DNA of 60,446 nt, the filler included, from Sphaerodactylus townsendi (Eukaryota), in the NCBI RefSeq assembly GCF_021028975.2. It is 2 parts of 2 records of this genome, joined end to end, with 100 filler letters (N's around TTAATTAATTAA, not from the genome) between each part and the next. Parts side by side here need not be neighbours in the genome. Positions count along the whole stretch, not along the records: positions 1 to 29,076 come from NC_059427.1; 1 more part is not named here. One strand, given 5' to 3'. Position numbers and translations under genes: made by a program. Under the pieces are notes generated by a model. That model made no database searches. It saw only the letters and a program-made list of their open reading frames with translations, and was not told where the DNA came from. Shown one piece after another: positions 13,022-25,500 of the stretch; the stretch's first letter is position 1; every line of letters starts with the position of its first letter.

Positions 13022-14688
13022 TTTTTTTTTTAAATATTTTTATTGATATTTCGGAATTATTACAGATTTATATTGTATACTTTATATACATCCTCCATAT
13101 CATTTTTCCCCCTTTCTCCCCCCTCCCTCCTTTCTTTAACTACTCTTCTTTGAATGTAGCCCTTGCAAGTCCATTCTTTTCTAATCTTCTTGTCCTGTCC
13201 ATTTTCTTCCTCTGTAATGAATTTCCAATTTACGTGAAATTAGCCAGTCTTTGAATTCCATCCAAATCTCCTTCATATCCTGTCCCTTGTTTTCCTTGCC
13301 ATATTTGATTTCTTGGACATGTTTGTGCCTCCTAAAATTTCTAATTGTATTTGCTCCCATACATATTCCAACCATTTCTGCATTGTCCAGATTTTTTTGT
13401 CCTTCCACCCCAATGCTATTACTGCATGGACCGCTCTAATCATGAATTTGAAAAGTTTTCTTTTTCTTTGTTCTATTATAGTATAATCCACTCATAATTC
13501 CTATAAATGAGTAAATCTATATTTACATCTCTTTATTTTTTTGCACCTTTACATATTTTTCTATGGTATTTTTATCACATTTTCCCACATATTTTTTGTG
13601 CACTTCCTATACATTCTAGCCACATATTAGCTGTATATATGTGCATTTTTTTTTCTCCTACAATGCCAACATTTCTGGTTCCTGATTCTACCCACTTATC
13701 ATATATGCCAAGCTGTTTCCTGATTGTTCTATACCATTTTTAATATTAATTTCGGCTCTAGTTCTGCATATGTATCGGTTTTTATTTTATTCATGTTATC
13801 TATAATCCTTTTGTAAGGTCTATGTCTTCTCCGTCCGTCAACTTGTTGCCATTTTTTCCATTATGATTCTTATCCAAGTGAAGATTCTTTTGATCTTCCT
13901 ATCATGTTTTGTATATAACTCCTAATATTTGTCACTTTCTTTTCCTCATATATTTTTATACAACTCTTTTCATTATACACTCTTCCTCCCTCTCCCTGGA
14001 GACTTCTATCTTTCCAAGATTCCTCTTAATAGTAAACAAGTTTTCTTCCTCTCACTTTCTCTATAAAATTTGGAAGCAGTATTAATTCTCCTCTTTTCAT
14101 TGTAGCAGTTGTGCTATTTTGTGCTATTCCCTTGTCTGTGTAGAGATCTTATTGTTTTGTGCTCCTTCCTGTCCAAACCATGCCCACTTTCCTTGAGTGA
14201 GTTACGCACTCCTAAAGTAGCCCTGGGCATCTACTCTTTTCCCTTCCATTTCTCCCAGATTTCCATTAACATTCCTTTCTAGAGACCTTTTAATTTTTGT
14301 CTTTCTATTTTGAACAACTTGAGATATATTCCAAAATTAACCCGTGTTCAAAGTTTATTTCATTTTCGAACTTCTTGTATCCATCTGTCCTCTTTTTATC
14401 TATTTGAATTCCACACTCAAACTTTTTCATTTGGAATGTACTCGTAATATTCCTGTATGTTTTGGGAGCCCCCTGTGCCCATTAGTTTTTTAGACATATA
14501 GACTATTTTATTCATCACTCTTGGTTTCTTTTGATTAAATGCCCATAGTTTAATTTTCTTATCCCATTCTTCAAATTGTTTTTTCTTAATCTCCAACGGC
14601 AAAGTACGAAATAGATAGAAGAGTTTTGGCATTATACACATTTTTAATGCTACTATTCTCTTAGAAATAGATAGATTCTTCCCTTGCC
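13022..14688 (-). mobile_element. 5'-truncated LINE-1 (L1 clade) with poly-A tail and 14-bp TSD
   Basis: The minus strand has degenerate ORF2 C-terminal peptides (IKMCIMPKLFYLFRTLP...KKPRV, a CWHC..H..WLEC knuckle remnant, and IALGWK...W). The poly-T tract starts at about 13020. The direct repeat GATATTTTTAAATT occurs at 13008-13021 and 14689-14702. Confidence 0.9.
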
Positions 14689-15104
14689 GATATTTTTAAA
14701 TTGAAAAGGGTAGTTTTCCATATTTTTGTTGGCTCAATGCAGTCAGCAGAAAAAGGAGAAAGAGCTTTTCAACTATTTTCATACCAGATGTTTCATGTTC
14801 AGTGGAAATGCCTCCATAAACAACACTCATTGGGTGGAAAATGCTTCGTTGGGTAGAGTCTACATTAGTAACGGAAACTGAGAGGAAAGCCATTAAATAA
14901 ATTTGAATCCATGCTTCATATTTCAACTAACAAGCATCTGTACGCTTGACTTGTTCATGACTGTTTAAGCCCATATTATTAGTATTTGACTTCATCTGTA
15001 AGATCAGAATTTTTCCCCAATGTCTTGCATATGACACACACTAATACTAAAGCAGTATTTCTGTGGTGACATAAGGAGACTGAAGAATCTCTACTGGAGA
15101 GCTA

Positions 15105-15545
15105 TTTATTATTATTATTAATTTAATACCCCATTCTCAGCGGCCAGATTCCCGGTAATATTAACAGATTCCCAGTAATATTAACTATGGTGATTTCAAC
15201 AACTTAACCCACACCATTCCCAATTCCTACCCTAACTTCACAGCTCTTATGAGTAAGGGAGGGGGGGAGATATCAGCCAGGGGGCCAGAATGACACTACG
15301 GACCAGCTGTCAATTATAAGCCTGGCAGAATAATTCAGTTTTACAGGCTATGCAAATTTGACTTAAATCTCACAGGGCCCTAATATCTGCAGGGAGAGTC
15401 CCACTGAGTGGGAGCAAGGGTCAAAAAGGCTCTGGTGGATGACAGCTGAACATCCTTGGGGCTGGGGACCACCAGCAATTACTATCCAAGGACCAAAGGA
15501 GTCCTTGTGGATGACATGGCGAGATGCAGTCCTGAAGATATGATG
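15105..15545 (-). mobile_element. L2 LINE 3' fragment (old)
   Basis: (TTA)n/ATTT tail followed by sequence resembling the L2 3' end seen at 26350-26650. Confidence 0.55.
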
Positions 15546-18500
15546 GCACTGGATATTATTCCTTTATTTGGTGGCTGACTGCTGATGGGTATTGAACAGA
15601 GATGTTGCTGATGAACAGGGGGAGCATTCTGCTGCATGGAATGAGTACAGAGAAGTTGTGAAAAACATCATTCTGGTTCCCTGTGCTCTCTAGCTACCTT
15701 CTTCTTCCTCCATGCACAAAATTTCTGATAAGCATTACTTATTTTACACCTTCAAAAATAATGTATTATTCCATCAGAATACACAAGTCAGTCTCAATGA
15801 CACATTTTCTATGGCAGATGTCAGAGTTAGAGATGTGCAGATAAGAATGCTGAAATAATTACCTTCTACTATTTTCAGTTTAGTCATAGTGAGTAAATTA
15901 CTTTTTTCTGTTTTGTAAGATGATGAGATCTCCCAGTATTCCAAAAAGTGAGCATGCAAGGATCTTGTTTCAAAACATGCCTGGAACCAATCTCGAATTC
16001 TTTTAGTGTTCAGTCTCAAATCAGCCAATGGACACAAATCTGATTTGTGATTATATCACCTGTTATCAAGTCAAAAAACACCTTGGCTGAAATAATTACC
16101 ATCCATGGAAAATAAGTATTAAATCAAGCAAGCATTCATGTGTATATGTTTTTGTATATGAAATTCCTTCCTTTCACAAGTGGCTTTTTCAAATTTACAA
16201 CATGTAATTGTTTCTATTAAAATTATGCAAGTGTATTTGAAAAGCAAACCATTCTAAATCCCCACTTGACACTGCTGATACTAACTTTTCACAATGTCCA
16301 CCAGGGAGAAAATTGCTTCTCTGGAAAAAGGGAAACAGAAGGCAGGAAGGTCTGCATACACAGGAACTTTGTGAAACATAATTAGGGCAGACATTGACAC
16401 TGGAAGGTAATCGGTTTCCAGCCCCACGTGAGCCTTTGTAAACAGATGAACAAAGGAGAACCTTAGCCTCTCCTCTGCCCACCTTCTCACACAGAGCTTC
16501 CCCAACCCCTTTTTCACATTTTCACCCTGCCATCTTCAGAAACAAAAAATAAATCCTGATGGCAAAGGAGTCCAGATTTAAGAAGTGCCAAATACACAAA
16601 CACCTCCCCCTAACTGTCCCTATTCTTATCAAACCTGTCTGTTGGTCCAGCATTAGTCACTTTTATTCATATCTCCATAAAAAGTTAATAGGTGATTTCC
16701 TGAGTTAGTCAAGTTGAATCTAACTTTTGGCCGGGAGTTTGGAACTTCCTAAAGTCTTCTAAGAATACATTCCTCCCTGTTCTATAGAAGGTAATCATTC
16801 CCTATCGCCAAAAGTCCATACTCTGAGCCTGTGTAAAACGCCTTTTTCTTGGCACACCAAAAATGAAGCCACAAAGCCTAACTCTGCCCTTGGGAACAGC
16901 CTGCAGTGCATGCACCAGTCTGTGGCCTGAGGGCCTGGTGGCTCCTGTGAATGCCCGCAGAGATGTATGAGCAAGTGAAAACAGTAAATAGGCAATACTG
17001 TTACAATCCAAAGGAAGCGAAACAGCACACTTTGTCGTGTGAGAATGCAGGTGGGGTTCTCCCCCCCACACGCAGGTCCTTTCACTCTCTGTGCCTGCCC
17101 CACTGCTACCGGCACAATACACATCCGCCTCATTCTCTCACACATCCCCACTCTTGCCCCTCCCTCAAGCATCCAGAACTGCACCACTCTACCCACTCCC
17201 CTCACTCCATATTCACCATAAAGCTCTCCTTTACTAAAAGCAAGCTGGAGCTGCCTTTTTCTGTCTAAGAAAATCCACGGGGTAGGGGCCAACCAACACT
17301 ACTGGCTCTACTCTCTTTTGCACATGGCCCTTTAAGAACCTAGAGAGCTGGCTCCTTAATCTGAGCTTCCCCACCACCCTGCCTCTGTTGCCTGACTGGG
17401 ATAGCCTGTTTGCCCCAGTTCTGCTCTTACCTGGACTGTGCACAACCAGCCCCATGGACTGCAAGGGACCTGCACTCCTGGACAGTCCTGGCTAGTGGAA
17501 TGTAGGGGCATTACATTATACCTAAAAAAACAAGACATCACCCATATAACAAATGCGCGGAATTGAAAGGGCGGGAAAGAGGGATCATCAATCTGTTCTC
17601 CCCAAAAGCGCCGCCGGGGATCATTGGACCTGTATGGACATCTGGTGGGATGCGGACTGTGCAGCCGGTGCAATTACCGCAGCAGCGCGCATCCGGAACC
17701 CGCCAGTTAAGGTACAAGCCTCTAAAAAGTACCCCATTCCTATCAAACCTGTCCGCAGGTGCAGCATTAATCACTTTATTAAAAATGAGTCTCTCAAAAA
17801 AACCTAAAAAGTTGTCCACTTGATTGAGTTGCAAACACTGGAACACTTATTATGCACGAATCAAACGCGCCATAAAATAAAATTACAGCAATGTGCTCTT
17901 TAAACAAATGTCGTTTTGTCCGCCAAGGTTTCATCCCACGGTCAGAGAAACTTAAGTATATACTTAGTTCACCCGACATTGGAAAGTCTCACCGGTTCCG
18001 GGGAGCTCAAACACATGTGATATCTACTCAGAAGATGCAACACCCAGCTGACTTCACCTGCATGGAACTTTGTGGGGCACTGCAACCTTATTAACACTGT
18101 TTGCATTTGACTGGATAGACCCCTCCCAATTTAATCTTAGATGCATTCAAAGGCAAGCCATGATTGGATTTGTTGAATTTTGCCTCTCGGCCACAACCAA
18201 TGCCAGTTACAAAAAATGCCCCCAAATCTTGAAATGAACAACTGCACTAGAAGAACATGGGCTCTAACCCACACACAAAAATGTTTAAATTGGATAGTCT
18301 TTAAGCAACCACAAGAACTTCCTTCTTGTTTTTGCTGTAAACAAACGACCATACATATCCCACCGGAAACATGGTAATAATTGAGGACCACTGTTGCATC
18401 CTTTCTGTTGTGTCCAACACAGCCCATGCCTCTTCTCAGAAACTCAACACCTGTGCATTAACACTTCCGTGCCTTGCTTGATTCCTTGAGAACTAAGAAG

Positions 18501-18559
18501 ACAGCGCCACAGAGTAGCAACCCACTCATGGTGACCCCTTCCAGGCAGGAGAGGAGCAG

Positions 18560-19542
18560 AAGTGATTTGCCTCTGCCTTTCTCCGCGCAACGAAAGAGCC
18601 GCTTTAGAAATATGACGCTTCTCTTCCAGCATTGCTGCCTTCGAGGGAACGCTTGGCCTGCCCACCTAACAGCGGATACCGCTGGGATCACAACCCTCGG
18701 AGTTTCTCAGCAGTTCACTTTGCTCCAACGCTTCCCCTCACCTAGCGTGAACGTCCGAGCACCCAGTACCCCATATTACCCCACTACAGCGCAGATGCCC
18801 TAACCCTGTGCAGGCTGGGATTGGTAGTCATTTCGGCTTCCCCGCTAAGAAGGAGGTGTGAGACTTCATTTCCCAGCAAACTTTTGGAAGCGACGCCAAG
18901 TAGCGGCGCAGGCGCAGTACTGCTATTTGGTTGCTCTGGGGAGGCCGTGAAGACCCGGCCTGTTGGAAGCGGCGGGAGCTCCTGCCTACTGGCCGAGGGA
19001 AGGGCGTCGGCCTCGTTAGAGGCCGGGAGCAGGGAGGGAGGAGGAGGAAGGTTGAGCTTCCGGCGGGCCCGTAAAGGAGGCTCTCCCTGTAGGCCTTCCG
19101 CCCCCGCCGTGCAGTTACATGGAGTCGCGAGGAGCTGGCCTGCGCCCACACTCGCACATCAGCCACCCTCTTGGCCGCTGAAACTCGCTCTTCCTTCCAG
19201 TCTCCTGGGAACCGCTTGTGGCGCCGGCGCTGCGTCACTCACACCCCTTAGGACGAGAGGGTCGAAGCAGTGGTGTTGGAGAGGGACCCATTGCTCTCTG
19301 GCTGCTGATGCTGGCCACCCGGAGGCAGGCCGGCTGAAGGGGCAGCCCCAGCACCCGTCTCGAGCCGCTGTCCTGACTCTTTGTGCGCTATGAGGAAGAA
19401 GATGATAGAGCTGGCGGAGATTCCGCACTGAGAAGAGGAGTAGGGGGGTTCCTGGCTACCAGATCCTCTTCCCATCTGCCCCTAAGCCAAGTCTCTTGGA
19501 TCAAGGACCCTGTGTTGTGGGCCGGGGCGTGTGGGTATAAAC
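18560..19542 (+). promoter_or_regulatory. CpG-island promoter and 5' UTR of TMEM115
   Basis: CpG-rich, with an NRF1 motif GCGCAGGCGCA at about 18906 and an ETS motif CTTCCGG at about 19057. Directly upstream of the TMEM115 ATG. Confidence 0.75.
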
Positions 19543-22500
19543 ATGAACAGGTACCTTCCAGTAGCCCGGCAACATTTCCTGGCTGTACTGGCCAGTACCA
19601 GTGTAGTCGTGAAGTCTATATGTGCCATTGTAATTTTGCTCTACCTTCTCTCCTTTGCGGCAGACACAACTTTTGGACTTGGGGTAACACCTGGGTATCT
19701 CTTCCCACCCAACTTCTGGATATGGACGTTGGCTACCCACAGTGTGGTGGAAAAACATATCTGGAATGTAGGTGTGAGTCTGGCCACAGTGGTAGTAGCA
19801 GGAAGGTTACTTGAGCCACTGTGGGGAGCCCTGGAGCTTTTGATCTTCTTTGCTGTGGTGAATGTGTCAGTTGGGCTCCTGGGGGCCTTTGCTTATCTTC
19901 TCACCTACGTGGCATCATTCAATCTCTCTTACTTATTTACTGTTCGAATCTATGGCAATGCCAGTTTCAGGTGAAATCTTGCGGCCCTTGGCAAAACCAT
20001 GGGTGACAGTACTGTCTTGAAGGTACCTCAGGTGCGAATGAAGGTTGTCCCCATGCTCTTGCTCCTGATTCTAGCAGTTCTGAGATTGACCACCCTCATT
20101 GAAAGCAACATCTTGACGTCCTACGGTTTTGGAGTGCTCTCCAGTTGGATATATCTCCGTTTTTACCAGAGGCACAGCAGAGGACGAGGTGATATGTCGG
20201 TCTCACTTCAGATTACATGATTCTTTCCTGAGGATCCCTGTAGCTTCCCAAATGCCAAGCTGGCTACGTCCTCTGTGCACAGCATCTTGGTGAAAGTGAA
20301 AGTCTGTCGAAAAACAGCGGAAATGCTACATGTCAAGTTCTCCTTCATCCATTACCGATCAGCTGTTCGGGAACAGGATCTACAGGATGTTTGAACGGAG
20401 AAGGTAAAATTCCCTGAAATGCAGAATCAAGTGTATGAGATGAGTGCTCACAGATGATGTAATGGGTAGAACTCACCTAATTCCCTAAGAGAACTAACCA
20501 TAAGTTATATATTATTCTATAGCAGAATTATTTTGTAAAAGAACTTGCGTTCAAGAGAACATTATACAAAAAACAGGTACAGATAGTCTTGGATCTTTCC
20601 TCTCCCACCAGCAGCCCTTTCCAACATCAGGACAGTTTATTCTTGGGGTCACAGTTCACATGTTGCTTAATAATCGCTGCAGCCCCTGACGTGGGGAGTG
20701 GTGACAAAACCACCGTTCCATCTCCGTCTGAGTTCTGTCTACGAAGTCCCTTCTGCTTCGCTGTTCCGCAGTCCACCGTTAGTTCCTCGTGGAAAGATGA
20801 AGTGAGGAGTGCGGCGTTTATGCAGAGGCATTAATAAAGTAATGGTGATCTATGGCTTCAGTCATTTCTGCATGTTATGATCAATGGGGTTTTAAACTTT
20901 TTGGGGGACTGTTGACAGATATACATTTTTTGGATATGCCTGGGACATATTTGCAAGACACAGCTGAACCCTTTATCTGTTTTGGTGTTCTTCATTTACT
21001 CGGTAGTGTAGGCATGTAGTAATAACCACCTTTTGTATTTTATGATTTATTGAACAGTACATATTGTGGTGTTCTTTGTCAGAACTCCTTCATTCTGAGG
21101 GGTGTTTCTTGTGTTTGAACAGAGAGAAAACATACCTGGTGGGCAGAATTCTTGTATATTTGTGTCTCCCTTTTAAGTGTAACTTAATATATCAGTGTGT
21201 GCTGTGGAAGTTCAGGGACTGCGTGTAATGGATATCATTTAGTTAACAGTGAGGAAAACCAAAATTGTGAGTAGTTTTGTATATAATAATGGTTCTCAAA
21301 ACTTTTTAAAATAGTACCCACCTGTGAATTTACACTAGTAATCCATCTATAATTTGGAACTGCCGATTTCTGCACCAGCCCCTTGAACCTCTTCCACTCC
21401 AGAGCAAAAATGCTGCCCCTAATTCACTAAGAACAAACATGATGTGACAATCCAAACTCTACAGCAAGAGGTGGCATCAACCCAAATACCTCCTCCTAAC
21501 AAATTTTCTGTGGGATCCATCCAAACTTAACTGTAAATTTTGAGAACCTCTTGCAAAGTAATTACATTCTTCATTCCCCCTCCTTGATATAAAACATAGG
21601 AGATTCCCATCAGGTAGAACTGAACAACTGGTTGTGGTGGGTTTTCCAGGCTGTGTGGCCGTGGTCTGGTGGATCTTGTTCCTAACGTTTCGCCTGCATC
21701 TGTGGCTGGCATCTTCAGAGGTGTATCTCAGAGGGAAATCTGTTATACACTGTGTCCAGGAAGTCTGTTTCCCTCTGTGATACACCTCTGAAGATGCCAG
21801 CCACAGATGCAGGTGAAACATTAGGAACAAGATCCACCAGACCATGGCCACACAGCCTGGAAAACCCACCACAACCAGTTGAATCCGGCCGTGAAAGCCT
21901 TCGACAATACATAGAACTGAACAAGCTAATCGTTTCATGTTTAGTATTTATAGATCTATGGCATTATTGAATAACCAGTTCTATGTAATGGCCATTTTGT
22001 AATTCCACAGAGGCAAACTCAACTCTTTTGATTCACTACTTGTTTCTCGTTGCCAGGAAAGTCATAATACATTTTTGAGATCATGACCCACATTGAAACC
22101 TCCTGATGTATATATCATTCATACCAAAAATGCTAAACCTATCTAGATGGTTATTTGCCAGCCACCAGCCAGCACGCTTGTCAAATTCCCACCAAAGCCC
22201 TGTGTAGTCCCCATGCTAGCTACTCACAACCCCGCCAGACCTTCTGCCATACATAAACAAAAATTGTAGTCATATTTTTGGAAACATATCAAATTAAAGT
22301 GCTTATCTTGGTCTTTGCCAAGTATGACCTTCTGTCTCATTTCAAATTTGGAACACCAGATATAAGGTAATTCTAGCCCATTTTTTGCAGTCTGCCTTTT
22401 AGTAAAACCTAGATTCAAAGTCAATGTTTCTAAAAAGCTTCTAGCCTCAAACTGAATTCCTATTTTTCCATGTGATTTAAAATTAAAAACAAAAGCTAAC

Positions 22501-25500
22501 GATGACTGTCTATTTCTGATTGTACCTTTCATATGCTACTGGCATATGCTTAAAAAAACAAAAGCCTTTCCTTAAATTAGTCCTGGTTAGTCCTGTTTGA
22601 AGATTAAATGGGTTGAATTTATATGGAGCCCTTAGCTGTCAAAAGCTAGTCAGTAGCTGGAACACTTGCCACACCTATGTGCCTTCCACCTCAGGCAAGA
22701 CTCTAGGATCAGTGAGGGAGGGAGACTTGCATTTCAAACCTTGACAGACTGAAAACAAACTAGAGCAAATAGCTTTCTGCTTGACAAACATGACAGTTGT
22801 CATTCTTGTATAGTTCTATGTGGACCCGCTCTCATGGCAACCTAAAGCAAACTGAAGGCCTATCCATATTTACTCCAGCCTAAGCCCACTAGTTCCAAAG
22901 AGCTTAAATTGGACTCATTTTGAATAAAATTGTATTGTAAGTCAAATTGTTAATAGCCACACAGTGTTGAAGAAGTGTTAATTTTTATACCCTGTTTTTT
23001 AAACTACTTTAAGGAGTCTCAAAGTGGCTTGCAATCACAATCCCTTCCTCTTCCCTTGTGAGGTAGATAGGGCTGAGAGAATTCTTAGAGGACTTTGACT
23101 GGGGCAAGGTCACCCAGGAGGTTTCATGTGGAGGAGTGGAGAATCAAACCTCTGCAGATTAGAGTCCGCTGCTCTTAGCTACTACACCATCCTGGATATG
23201 TAAATGTTTCCTGGGGAATATAACTCTAGGGCACATTCTGCAGGTGAAACATTCCACAACTTTCAATCCTCAAGTAGTTCTCTTAAGATTGTTTTTTGAT
23301 GACCACTAAAATGTGTGCAGGAGGGAAGGTGGCATGGTATATAGCTCCACCCTACTTGTCAGGTCCTGCAAGCCTAAGTTGGGTTGGATACTTTCTAGGG
23401 TTCCTTCCTGTACACGCAATGCGTTTTCAAACCACTTTCGCAACTGTTTGCAAGTGAATTTTGCTATTCCGCACAGCTTCAAAGAGCACTGAAAGCAGTT
23501 TGAAAGTGCATTATTTTGCATGTGCGGAATGAGCCATAGATTGGAGACCTTCAAAAAAGACTGCAGGAGGGTGCTTTTTCCAACAATGTCCAACCACCTG
23601 CCTGTCCACCCAGTTTCTTTGCTCATGTTCCTGTTTTTTCATAATCTTGGGTGCAAAACTGAACTGTGCACTTTACATGTGTACAAAATGTGTGTGCTAA
23701 AATCACACCCTTCCTGTTATTCCCTTTTATAGAAATGTTTTGAGCTAGCTATTCATACCCAGCTTTAACTTTTGTCCTCAGTTCAGTGTCTCTGTGTTCA
23801 TGTACATAACTCTTGTTCAGTTAAGGACATCCCTGTTTGCCTCTGATATGGGGACAGCTGTGCTTATAAAAGAAGTCCTCATTCTGTCAGGAATTACAGG
23901 TTCATGATGATGTTTTCAGTGGCATTTTTTTATTGTTCTGTTAGGGCATGATCTAAAACACTAGTGGATCTAAAAGGCTCCCAATTTTTTCCAAGAAGCA
24001 AAATATTTCATGACTATGCTTTGGCAAATTAAGTAGTGAGCTATCTGGTGCAGAGGTAGAATTGATTTTGTTATCTGAAGAGAAGCAAGGTTAAGCCCTA
24101 GGTTATCTTTTTCTGAATTGCAGCGTTCTTGTTGCTCATTGAACTATTGGGACTGACCAGGGTATGTTTTTGTTTCAGCCCAGTGCTGAAGTTGTTAATA
24201 AACCTCTTGATTTTATTGGGGTTTGTTTCCACATAATGGTTCTGGGTATGAACTGAGTCACATCCTACCTGCTCCCATCTCTGCAATTTGGTTTGCTGTA
24301 GCCTAATGTCTCTGGAGCTCTCATTGCTGAGTACCTGGCAAAATTGAGGTGTCCCAAGCAGTCTTAAGCAAGGAGTGCCCAGCTGGGAGGAGTAAGGCCA
24401 TTGTGCTACTTTCTCCCAATGCACACTCTGAAAGCCTGTCATGCTTGCCCAAAGTCTTATGGCTGGTTGGATTTCAAATTAAGTAGTCCTGGGAGGATAA
24501 CTTGATTTCCTTGCCTGAAAGGACAAGGGATGGATTCTCTTCACTGTGACATTGAACTTCGAAAAGGACCAAGTATACTTGTTACACAGGAATGTTAACC
24601 AGAAGTTTTTATTATCATTGCATGTCAGGATAACTGCATGTGTGCTATGAAGACAGGGTATCCAAGGACTTCATTATAATTTGTGGTGTGCAGCTCTGTC
24701 ATTTTGTTATATCTGAAATTTATTACAGCATTATGGAATTTCATCTACCTGCCTCAACCTCCCAGATAACGAGAGCCATGCTCTGTTCCCTATTATATGG
24801 CTTTCTGAGAATCTCTGTTCCAAGTTTCATCTATGAACTTTCTCTGCATTTCACCCCATCCGTACTATCATAACCAAATCTAAGTTAGATAATATTTCTA
24901 AAATTAATTAGAAGCCTTGCATTTCTTGCCTTAGCCCTAGTAACTGTAAACTTCAATTTGATCCTTTCCATGTAATTCTTCAGCCAGTAGAACGTGTAAA
25001 TAATAATCACCATCATGGTATGATTTGGAATTTATTGATGACTGCAAATGTAGTAGCTAAATATATCTTCCACTCCCCTTCTCTCTGTTACTTAAAATCT
25101 AGAAAATTGCCTTCAAACCCAATCTTACTGATTTATTACATTAAAGATACCATAAGAAACATGAAATATTTTGAAATGTATGTTATTTTGATTATTTTTA
25201 TGAATAATCAATATGGTATTGATTCTTATAGATCTTTTTATTCTTTGAAATCTTATTTTGATCTTCTTGTGTATTATTAAAATTAATACAAAGTAATGAT
25301 AATATAGTTTTTAAAAGAATATTGTTGACATTCTGGATCTGTCCCTAAAGCAGTAATTTGGATGGGTACACTTGCATTGATGTCCTTAGTTCATAAGGAA
25401 TGGTTGAAGGAATGCTGGGGGTTTGATTATAGATTATCTTGGATGTAAATTGGTGAACTTCTGGTGTGAATCAGTGACTGGAAGCTAGTGTTTTAATCAC

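Noticed and set aside
18798-18807. CCCTAACCCT resembling a telomerase RNA template
   Set aside because: Single short match in a promoter, with no pseudoknot, CR4/5 or H/ACA domains evident; vertebrate TERC normally lies near MYNN.
18784-19814. Several overlapping 75-190 aa ORFs
   Set aside because: Expected from the high GC content of the TMEM115 CpG island; no recognisable domains.
19972-20220. In-frame TGA codons in TMEM115 as selenocysteine or programmed readthrough
   Set aside because: The surrounding codons are also garbled, there is a net frameshift, and no SECIS is evident.
21477-21970. Mirror-image ORFs on both strands (also 35333-35666)
   Set aside because: By-products of the palindromic Penelope remnants.
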